Both the position numbers and the translations under genes were made by a program. A DNA stretch of 64,000 nt from Octopus sinensis (Eukaryota), in contig NC_043026.1 in the NCBI RefSeq assembly GCF_006345805.1, forward strand, positions 10,850,001 to 10,914,000. Direction: 5' to 3'. Each line of letters opens with the position of its first letter. Within the stretch, counting starts at the first letter, position 1. Of the stretch, positions 48,649-60,012 are shown piece by piece. The notes under the pieces are model-generated. The model saw only the letters and a list, made by a program, of their open reading frames with translations, did no database searches and had not been told where the DNA came from.

Positions 48649-50879
48649 TATAGGGAGTGATGCTGTAAAAAGAGACCGACAACACATATCAATTTGGCAT
48701 TTAGTCTTCTTCCAATTTTTCCCCTTTTGGAACCACGCACCTTATTATCCAGCATCGTTTCCATTGATGGAAGCATTCCTGAAATTCCTTTTTTTTTTTT
48801 TTTAAGGGGATAAAGAGCATCTGCCTCATCGCATTCCTTTCAAGTAGAATTTGATTTTTAGAAAGAGGGAAAAGTCGTAAGAGGTGAGATCCGGGGAATA
48901 CGGTGGTTGTTAGTTAGACCCGGAGAATGTTGTGCTTGGCTCAAAAACCTGCTGCGCAAACTGCGCTGAAAGGGCAGGTGTGTTGTCATGGTGGAATTGT
49001 ACTGACTGGACATATGCAATTCTATCCGATGACCACACCCTCTACACACTTTACTTCTAAGCATTGCTATAAACAACAGGAGTGAGTGAGAATGCTCAAC
49101 ATGGCCTGAGGTCAGTCTGTGCCAAGAGGCTTCACCCTCTGTACTTCGGCTCTATTACCATAGCAACAGTTCTGATATTTTTTGATCAGGCCTTTGTGTG
49201 TGTGTGTGTGTGTGTGTGTGTAATTGTTTTTATGGCAAGTTATACTTTAAAATAATTTTGCATTAGCATAAGGATTACTAACAACTTTTCAGTGGAGCAC
49301 ATTATTATTAACTTTCACACAAGGAGAAGGTTGATAGTGACTTCGAAGTTCTGGCTTGTTCTCTTTCATCAAAATGCAAAGGGGAGCGAGCTGAAAGTTC
49401 AAAGTCACTGTCAGTCATGCCTCTCTCTCACTCACACACACACACACACACACACACACAAGCACACGCACACACAGATACTCATATATTCATATACATT
49501 ATGTAACTGTATATAGCCACACACACACGTTTGTAAATCCATATAAACATACACACATGCATACATTTGAGTACATATCCACGTGTATTCATAGTGTGTG
49601 TATAGGCACACAAATGCATTTATAAACATGCATATAAACACATGTATAGGCAAACTTAAACGCTTGTACCTATGTGCATGCCTATATATATATATGTGTC
49701 TGTGCATGTGTATGTATATATATATTATATATGTATATATTATGTATGTATGTATCTGTGTAGATATATATGTTTATTTGTGTATATTTTCATATGTAAT
49801 GTGCCTGTAGCTGTGACCAGATATATAAAATGTGCACACACATACACACATGTATTTTGTACATGTATGTATATGTGTATTTAGATTGATATGTGTGGGT
49901 GTGTGAATATATATTATATGAACCTGTATATATATTTGTGTGTGTGCATATGTCTAGATTTTTATATGTATGTACACACAATCACATACATACATCTTTT
50001 TATACTGATATTCTTCAAGTGTATGTGTGTGTGTATATATACATATAAGCATACGTACACACATGCATGCACGCACACACACCACCTTCTGCATACAGTT
50101 AAATGTGTGTATACATGCATACATACATATTTCCTCATATGCACACACGTGCACACATACCATCACATATGTATATATTGTAGAATTTGTCCAATTTTCC
50201 AAACACTTGTCACAAATTCCTTTCACTCTAACGACTGGAACTGGAACTCTGGATCAATTATAATTCTATCCATCATTAACTTTATTCTATTTTTAATTGA
50301 AATATCTTCACAATTCCACTCTCCTCACCCCACACCCTTCTCTCTCTCTCTCTCTCTCTCCAGTCTATCCTCCACCCCTTCTCTTTAAAAACAATTGCCC
50401 TGCCCAGTCCCCCACTTGCTCTTCTCCCCTCCATATTTTTTCTCTCTGCAAAAAAAACAAAAAAAAACAAAACAAAATAAAATAAAATATTTGTAGACAT
50501 TTTTGTTTGAATTTTATTGAATTTTGTTTTCTTTTCCTATTTTTATGAGTGTGTGAGAGGTGAGGGAATGGTTGTAGGGGCTTTGGTTGATCAATCAGTG
50601 AGGGTGGATGGGCAAGGTGGGAAGGTTCAGTCTTGCATGTAAAAAGCACCATTCGAACATAGCTGATGCCAGTGCCGCCTGAGTGGCTCCTGTGCCGGTG
50701 GCATGTAAAATGCACCCACTACTCTCTCAGAGTGGTTGGCATTAGGAAGGACATCCAGTTGTAGAAACCTTACCAAATCAGATTGGAGTCTGGTACAGCT
50801 TCCCAGCCTGCCACTTCTCAGTTAAACCGTCCAACCCATGCTAGCATGGAAAGTGGACGTTAAAAGACAATGATATATA

Positions 50880-51400
50880 TCTATATATATAAAACTGTAG
50901 TTGTGTGAGTGTCTGTCTCCTACGATTTAGATTCCTAACTACTCCCACATTTTGCGGTGCAGTTTAACCAAAACCGGGTATCTTATAGTCGTGATTCATA
51001 TCGAGCCTGTCTGGCTATTAGCGTGCGTCTACGATGAGTCTACGATTTTAAAAATAATTTAACATCATTTTTTATTCCATTTTAATGCATAATTATTCGT
51101 GTGTCGATGGCGGCGGAGTTGGCGTCCATGGTCACACCTGCACCTGTTTGCTTCTCCCCCTTCTTCCCTCCCTCGTGAAGCTGTGGGGAAGGGAGTGTAA
51201 GGAAATCAACGTCGTAAAGCGTTGTCAAGGAGACCAGCGTTCTTTTAGAACAACAACTTCATGGCTTGAAGACACCAAAACAGAAATGGCTAAGAAAGCC
51301 CGAATTGGCATCTATAAGGGAAGTAACTCTCTAAAAATGCTTATATAGTTATTTCCCTTACAAACCCGAGCAACGCTGGGCAATACTGCGATACTGCTAG
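50880..51400 (+). mobile_element. Non-autonomous Helitron (~520 bp)
   Basis: A|TC 5' end (tctatatatataaaa), subterminal hairpin CCCGAGC-AAC-GCTGGG, CTAG|T 3' end, no TSD. Confidence 0.85.
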
Positions 51401-51932
51401 TATATATATATACGAGCAAAACAACGTCCCTCCCCGTCCAATGGACTGTGCTGAGTTGTCAAACATTTAAACCAAATTTTCTCAAAACTACTTGTCTGAC
51501 TGTCCCATAGGCCTCCCCTTTAAGAAACACTGATTCAACCTAGATTTGAGACACCAGCAAAAAAAAAATAAAGATACGACTTTTTTCTATTCCAAGAAAA
51601 ACGATTTTACAAATACATGTTCCCACGGCTTTATTGATCGCATTCTCACTTGGAATCGATTTTTTTTTTTTTTTTTCAAGACTTATACACGCCCTGATAC
51701 CGTCGGTATCTACATATCAAATTTGAGTGCAGTCAGATGGAGGATGCCCGAGATCCTAGATGACACACGCACACAGACAGACAACGGATTTAATATAATA
51801 TATATATACACACATGGTTCCGGGTTTAGTCCCACTGTGTGGTATCTTGGGCAAGTGTCTTCTACTATAGCCTCGGGCCGACCAAAGCCTTGTGAGTGGA
51901 TTTGGTAGACGGAAACTGAAAGAAGCTCGTTG

Positions 51933-51969
<37 letters not shown>

Positions 51970-52189
51970 CTGTGTTTGTCCCACCTCACCATCGCTTGAC
52001 AACCGATGCTGGTGTGTTTACATCCCTGTCACTTAGCCGTTCGGCAAAAAGAGACCGATAGAATAAGTACTGGGTTTACAAAAAGAATAAGTCCTGGGGT
52101 CGAGTTGCTCGACTAAAGGCGGTGCTCCAGCATGGCCGCAGTCAAATGACTGAAACAAGTAAAATAGTAAGAGTATTGGAGTTGACAAT

Positions 52190-52775
52190 CAAGACTGTGA
52201 TGCATGAGGACATTCTGTACAAGTAGCATCATCATCATCATCAGCATGTACAGAGGAAATGCCAAACCATGCCTGCAAAGACTCAAGAAAACCGTTTGGT
52301 TCATGCCAAGCGGTTAAGAAGGTTAAAAAACCTTGCGAAGATGGCGCGCTTTGGTTTTCCGCTGATGAGAAGAACTTTGACCAAGATCAGAACTCTAATG
52401 GGAAGGAACTGATGATTATGTGCAGACCCTTCAGAGTGAGATGCACAGCAAGTCTCCACCAACTGTAATGGTTTTTAGAAATGGTAACAATGAAGGTCAT
52501 GTTATGTCACCTTGGGGTTTACAAAGTCTTGGAATTAATACTAATGGATACGTTAAGGTGACAAAGACAATTATTAAGCCCTGGATGGATGGAGTATGTA
52601 GTGGAAGGGCATACTTGCTTCAAAAAGTCTATGACCTTCTCACAAAGTCTTCATAAACCAGGAATCAATATCAGACAATCTTTACAATCATGTAACATCG
52701 AAGTTTTGGTCTCCCAAATTGCCAGATTTAAATCTCAGGGACTTCTACAAGCTAGGGAATTGTTGGGCTTTGATT
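52190..52775 (+). mobile_element. Degenerate Tc1/mariner (maT/DD37D-like) transposase remnant
   Basis: Peptides FSADEKNFDQDQ, PPTVMVF, IIKPWMD and WSPKLPDLN with frameshifts. Confidence 0.6.
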
Positions 52776-53356
52776 AGGAGACTCGACTGGCTTCTGTGCC
52801 GGTGGCACATAAAAAGCACCATCCGAACATGGCCGATGCCAGTGCCGCCTTGGCTGGCTTCCGTGTCGGTGGCACTTTAAAAGCACCAACCGATCATGGC
52901 CGATGCCAGTCTCCCCTGGCACCTGTGCAGGTGGCACGTAAAAAGCACCCACTACACTCGCGGAGTGGTTGGCGTTAGGAAGGGCATCCAGCTGTAGAAA
53001 CATTGCCAGATCAGACTGGAGCCTGGTGCAGCCCCTGGCTTCCCAGACCCTGGTCGAACCGTCCAACCCGTGCTAGCGCGGAAAACAAGACGTTAAACAA
53101 TGGTGATGATGATGATCAAAACATCTTCACGATGATGGCCACCATTGTCCAGCTGATGTCCAAAATGAATAAGAATCATTTAATACAGACATATCAATGA
53201 TTCTAGACCTACAAAATATTTCAAATACAAACCATCAGCTGTATTATTTCTTACTTTGTTTCGACTTTATAATAAAAATTAGAATTCATATATTGGACAA
53301 TGCTTCATGCCAACCAGTCTCTAATATATCATCATCATCATTTAGCGTCTGTTGTC

Positions 53357-53863
53357 CTCGCCTGGCCCCCGTGCCGGTGACACGTAAAGCACCATCCGTT
53401 TCGTGGCCGTTTGCCAGCTCTGTCTGGCCCCCCTGTTGGTGGCACGTAAAAGCACCATCCGTTCGTGTCCGTTGCCAGCCTCGCCTGGCCCCGTGCCGGT
53501 GACACGTAAAAGCACCATCCGTTCGTGGCCGTTTGCCAGCTCTGTCTGGCCCCGTGTCGGTGGCACGTAAAAGCACCATCCGTTCGTGTCCGTTGCCAAC
53601 CTCGCCTGGCCCCGTGCCGGTGACACGTAAAAGCACCATCCGTTCGTGGCCGTTTGCCAGCTCTGTCTGGCACCTGTGCGGGTGGCACGTAAAAAGCACC
53701 CACTACACTCACGGAGTGGTTGGCGTTAGGAAGGGCATCCAGCCGTAGAAACACTGCCAGATCTGACTGGGCCTGATGAAGCCTTCCAGCTTCACAGACC
53801 CCAGTTGAACCGTCCAACCCATGCTAGCATGGAGAACGGATGCTAAATGATGATGATGATGAT
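53357..53863 (+). mobile_element. SINE family C copy with ABABA-alternating ~60-bp modules
   Basis: Units alternate between tggccgtttgccagctctgtctgg and tgtccgttgcca(g/a)cctcgcctgg. Confidence 0.85.
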
Positions 53864-54012
53864 GTCCATGCTGGCATGGGTTGGACGGTTTGACCAGGGC
53901 TGGGAAGGTGGAAGGTTGCACTAGACTCCTGTTTAATTTGGCATGGTTTTCTACGACTGGATGCCCTTCCTAATGCCAACCCTTCCGAGAGAGTATGTGT
54001 GTGTGTGTGTGT

Positions 54013-54051
<39 letters not shown>

Positions 54052-54137
54052 TGTGTTGTAGCGAAAAGAAGAGGCTGAAGATGGCGACAAGATACAAGAC
54101 GAGAAATGAAAAGACAAAATGGAGTTTCATTGGAACT

Positions 54138-54170
54138 TTTATTAAAATTTGTTTCTAATCGTTTTTTATT
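54138..54170 (-). terminator. Two AATAAA polyadenylation signals of the LLTP gene
   Basis: tttatt on + at 54138-54143 and 54165-54170, 50-80 nt after the stop. Confidence 0.6.
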
Positions 54171-54220
54171 TGGAAAAAATTGATGTTCATCTTCTCTCTT
54201 GAGGAAAGTCCAAATTCAGA

Positions 54221-54237
54221 TTAATAACTTCCACCAT
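54221..54237 (-). CDS. LLTP probable terminal coding exon (YGGSY*)
   Basis: ttccag acceptor, phase 1 fits, TAA followed by two AATAAA signals. Confidence 0.65.
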
Positions 54238-54649
54238 CTGGAAACGAGAAATGGTGAAGATATTCAGAAAGAGTGAGAAATGTAATATATGTCAAAAATA
54301 CTGCTCCAGCTTGGCCAGAGTTATGTCTAATTAGAGCAATGGCAGAATTATTAAGTGTTGCTGGTTTCTGTTTTAAGTTTAAGTCAACTGACATATGATC
54401 AAAAGTATTCCACTTGTGACCTCCACCACCAACACTTTCACCTGATCATCATTATTACTCCTACCACCACCACCACCACCACCACCACATCATCCTTACT
54501 GTTCTATTTCTCTTATTTGTTTGCTGGTTTCAATCATTGTGGCCACACTGGAGCACCGCCCTCAATAGCTTTTACTGACATTTTCTCATATATTTCCCAA
54601 CCAGTCTTATAATTATTTTTTTCTCCACGTCACACGATACATGCATACA

Positions 54650-54701
<52 letters not shown>

Positions 54702-55879
54702 TTCTTTCTGTTTTTTGCCCACTGGCCTTACCATTCCAAAACAAGATTGTCTACTTACAACACATTTTTGGCAGTGTGACCGGAACATTTTTATAGGAAC
54801 ATTGGTCAATGTAATACATTGAAACATTGCAAACGGTGTTGACGGGTGACCGCTCGTCCACTTCTAAGGCACACATGTGGTAGAAAGGCTCTGATGACAC
54901 CTGTACAAAGAAATAGCAACAACAAAATCGGTGAGAATTATTCAAAATGACTTGAAATAATTGAAATATTTTCGGGTAGTTATTGCACAGAATCAGTTGT
55001 GTGTGAGTGTGAGTGTACGCCTCTTTATCCCACACGATTTGTCGACTTCTTCCTTTGTTCTGACTTTCTGTCTTTAGTCCTACAGGACATTTTCATTTTC
55101 CTTTGACACGTAAAAGCACCATCCGTTCGTGGCCGTTTGCCAGCATCGCCTGGCCCCGTGCCGGTGACACGTAAAAGCACCGTCCGTTCGTGGCCGTTTG
55201 CCAGCTCTGTCTGGCACCTGTGCAGGTGGCACGTAAAAAGCACCCACTACACTCACGGAGTGGTTGGTGTTAGGAAGGGCATCCAGCCGTAGAAACATTG
55301 CCAGATCTGACTGGGCCTGACGAAGCCTTCCAGCTTCACAGACCCCAGTTGAACCGTCCAACCCATGCTAGCATGGAAAGCGGACGCTAAATGATGATGA
55401 TGATGATGATTACCCATATTCGTCTGTCTGGCAGCCACGTGACTGTTTTGTCTGTATTTGTATAATTGTTATAATTATTTTATTTTGTCTTGCTTGTTTT
55501 CATCATTGTCCTGTATATTCGTTAGCTATTTCCAGTGGCTCTTTGCTACAGGCACCACCAAAAGTGGACAATATCAACGATAATGGCGCGAAATTGTAAT
55601 GATCTTTTGGATGTTGACTGATGAAGAGTTAGGTACAAATTTTCCCTTAGTGATGTTTTTATCAAATCTTTGAAATATTGTTTATGCAATGTCATGTACT
55701 CCTTATATATATATATATATATATATATACATGCATGCATGCATTCATATACATACATATGCATGCATGCATGCATAGATACATGCATATACATACATAC
55801 ATACACACACACACGCATATATATACATACACTACATATATGCATGCATACATACATACATACACATGTATACGTATAC

Positions 55880-55914
<35 letters not shown>

Positions 55915-58900
55915 AAGGCAATAATATCAGAAATGTTATTCGTTATTTTAAAAATTGTCATAGAGTCACTTTCCAAAATAATTTACCTGTTTAAAGCAAT
56001 GTCGCAACGGTGAAGCAGAATCCAAGAATATATCCCAACAAACATGGCTGTTCCTCCTCCTGTGTTGAAGTGCAACATCTCTGGATCTGCAGCCTCTTTC
56101 CTCTGTCCAAGAATTGACAAATTCTTCCAGGCTACTTCTACGCCACATATTATTCGGAACCATATCATCGATTTGTTCATTGTTGTATGAACCGAACAAA
56201 CCTCTGACTCGACTGAAGAACCACCCACTGACCTCGAGGGTGACGAGTTCAATCCTAGGGTTGAACCTGATGTTGTAGCCTCGTTTGTTTTCAAGGATAT
56301 AAGTGTCGCCTTCTCGGTAAATTTGTGTGTAATATTTATTGAACGGCAGCCTAACATCAGAGCCTGCAACAGTGACCTGTCAAAGATATAATAATAATAA
56401 TAATAATAATAATAAAATAAATATAAAATCCTGACCCATATAAAATGGTGTGAATGTTCTGTATTTTTACCTTGCCATTGGAGTAAATAGTATAAACATT
56501 TGATTGTGAGTCTGTGATCGTTATGTATGTCATCTTTTTCTGATACTCTTCAAACTTGGCGACCACCTTGAAGTTCTTGTTCACCTCGGCCAACGTATAA
56601 CCGCAAGATCCTTGGAAGTCATAATGGTATCCGTCGAATGTGGTTACATGTCTGCCTTTGAAGAGGGTGGCTTGGGCTGTAGATTAGAGAGAAAATAGAC
56701 ATATAGAAAAACACAACACAATCTGTTAACACAAGTCTGTTACAAGTGTTTTATAGTTTTACTTTATATGCCGGACACATGTTTCAGTAAAACGTCTGGT
56801 ATTATTACATAATGGATGCTCTTTAGTTGGCACCAGCACTGGTGAGGGGACCAAGTTGCCACAAGACAAGAACCCCTCAACCGAGCAAGGTATAGAATGT
56901 AGTGCTTATTTTATCAGCTGGGATTTTAATTTTGACACAGGGCCAGGAATTTTCAGCAGAAGTTGATTACATTGACCCCAGTGTGCCACTAGCACTTATT
57001 TTATCGATCATGGAAGGCTGAAAGGTAAAGTCGACCTTGGCGGAATTTGAACTGAGAATCTAAAGCTAGAATAAATGCGGTCAAATACGTTTCCTGACAG
57101 CACTCAGCTCACTTCCTTAATAGTAAGGAAGCACTCGGTCGGTTACGACGGCGAGGGTTCCGGTTGATCCGATCAACGGAACAGCCTGCTCGTGAAATTA
57201 ACGTGCAAGTGGCTGAGCACTCCACAGACACGTGTACCTTTAAGGTAGTTCTTGGGGATATTCAGCGTGACACAGAGAGTGACAAGGCCAGCCCTTTGAA
57301 ATACAGGTACAACAGAAACGGGAAGTAAGAGTGAGAGAAAGTTGTGGTGAAAGAGTACAGCAGGGATCACCACCATCCCTGCCGGAGCCTCGTGGAGCTT
57401 CAGGTGTTTTCGCTCAATAAACACTCACAACGCCTGGTCTGTGAATCGAAACTGCAATCCTACGACCGCAAGTCCGCTACCCTAACCACTGGGCCATTGC
57501 GCCTCCTCCTTAATAGTAATAACCAGAACAACAATGATGATGATAATAATAATAATAATAATGATAATAATGGTTCCAAACTTTGGTACGAGGCCAGCAA
57601 GTTGGAGGGTAGTGGGATGAGTCAATTACAAAATCACCCGAGTATACAGCTGGTACTTATTTTATTGAAAGTTGACCTTGGCAGAATTTGAGCTTAGAGG
57701 CTAAAGGTGGGAGAAGAACTACCAACAATACAATCCATTGAGCTAACCAGTCTGTTAGCTCGCTGCCTTAATAATAATAATAATAATAATAATAATGGGG
57801 GAGCATCATAGCCATGTGTTGAGAGGGATTCTTTGGGGTTTGAATAATTCACCTCTGGAAACATGGGTGTTTCGTTCAACATCCTTAAACAACCCTTATT
57901 CAGGGACCTTTTGAGCGGGATGTGTTACTCGACCTGAGAAAATTCAAACTGGGCCCCACCTGTAAGGTCATGTGCTGTTTATCTTGATATGAGATCACCA
58001 TGTTGTGCACATATGGTTGTGATGCATGTGCCTGGTGTACCCTTATCAGGCGGGTAGTCATGATGGGTAAATTGGGCTTCGTATATTTGTACTCCAGTGT
58101 CACTTTGATGGCATGCGCTGCTCTCTCACTCAATAATAATAATAATGAAAATAATAATAATAATAATAATAACAACAAACGGCTTACCTTTGAATGGTGG
58201 CAACCAGTTATTAACATCGGAACTTGGTTTTATGTCATAATAAATATCGTAGAAACCCCAGTCACTGCTGTACACAAATACACTGTCCCCTAGAAGGACC
58301 ATATTCCTTAGGGCACTTGAAGAATATTCTGAAATCTCTTTGAGTAAGTCAGTTGATCTGTCATCTATGAGTGCCATGAAAACTCCTTTGGTCGGATTAA
58401 ATTCCATGTAGCTGAGACTCGGCTGAATAAATGAGTCTTTGATGTAGTTTATTTTATATCTCAAGTTGTCGAAAATCATGTTGTTGAATGATATTAGAAT
58501 TTTGGATGGTCTCCAGTATTCCAGGGCCCATAGCAACTGTGGAGAGAGGAAACAAAGAAACAATGGATAGAAAAAATGAAAATTCCAAATAAATACATGG
58601 AAAGAAACAGAGGCGCAGGAGTGGCTGTTTGGTAAGTAGCTTGCTAACCAACCACATGGTTCCGGGTTCAGTCCCACTGCGTGGCATCTTGGCAAGTGTC
58701 TTCTGCTATAGCCCCGGGCCAACCAATGCCTTGTGAGTGGATTTGGTAGACGGAAACTGAAAGAAGCCTGTCGTATATATGTATATATATATAAATGTGT
58801 GTGAATATGTTTGTGTGTCTGTGTTTGTTCCCCTAGCATTGCTTGACAACCGATGCTGGTGTGTTTACGTCCCCGTCACGTAGCGGTTCGGCAAAAGAGA

Positions 58901-59561
58901 CCGATAGAATAAGTACTGGGCTTACAAAGAATAAGTCCCGGGGTCGAGTTGCTCGACTAAAGGCGGTGCTCCAGCATGGCCGCAGTCAAATGACTGAAAC
59001 AAGTAAAAAGAGTAAAAAGAGAGAGAGACATGGCTGTGTGGTTAAACATGGTGGAGTATCTGGGGTGTTATATCTCGGAAATCCGCTGGCAGAATTCTTT
59101 CCCTTCATTGCAGAATTAATAGTCAAGACTATTTAAGCATTTTATCTGATCAAATTCCTTCTATGGTTGCGACACTGTTTCCAGAGGGAAACGCAATCTT
59201 TCAGGATGGTAATGCACCAATTCACACAGCTCAAGTTGTTACTGAATGGCACGAGGAACATTCTAGTGAAGTTGAACATCTTATCTGGCCACCACAGTCC
59301 CCAGATCTCAATATTATTTAACATTTATGGTGCATCTTGGAAAAACAAGTAATGAGTCAATATCCTCCATATTCATCACTACAAGAACTGGAGACTATTT
59401 TAGCTGAAGAATGGACAAAAATTCCTTTGGAAACAATTCAAACTTTGTACGAGTCCATGCCTCGAATTCAAGCTGTAATTACAGACAAAGGCGGTCCTAC
59501 TCCATATTAAAATAAATTTGTTTGAAATTTTAAGGGTTTCCATTATTTTGTCCAACACCTG

Positions 59562-59644
<83 letters not shown>

Positions 59645-59767
59645 TATATATATATATATATTATATATAAAATATAAATATATTATATATATATATATTA
59701 TATATATGTATATATATATTATATATGTATATATATTATATATGTATATATATATATTATATATATG

Positions 59768-59798
<31 letters not shown>

Positions 59799-59958
59799 TA
59801 TATTGTATATATATATTATATATATGTATATATATATATATTATATATGTATATATATATATTATATATATGTATATAATATATATATATTATGTATATA
59901 TATATATATTATATATGTATATATATATATATATAGGTATATATATATATATTATATG

Positions 59959-60012
<54 letters not shown>

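Noticed and set aside
55983-56369. 128-aa ORF from the track
   Set aside because: Wrong frame; the VWD exon 55987-56376 reads in another frame
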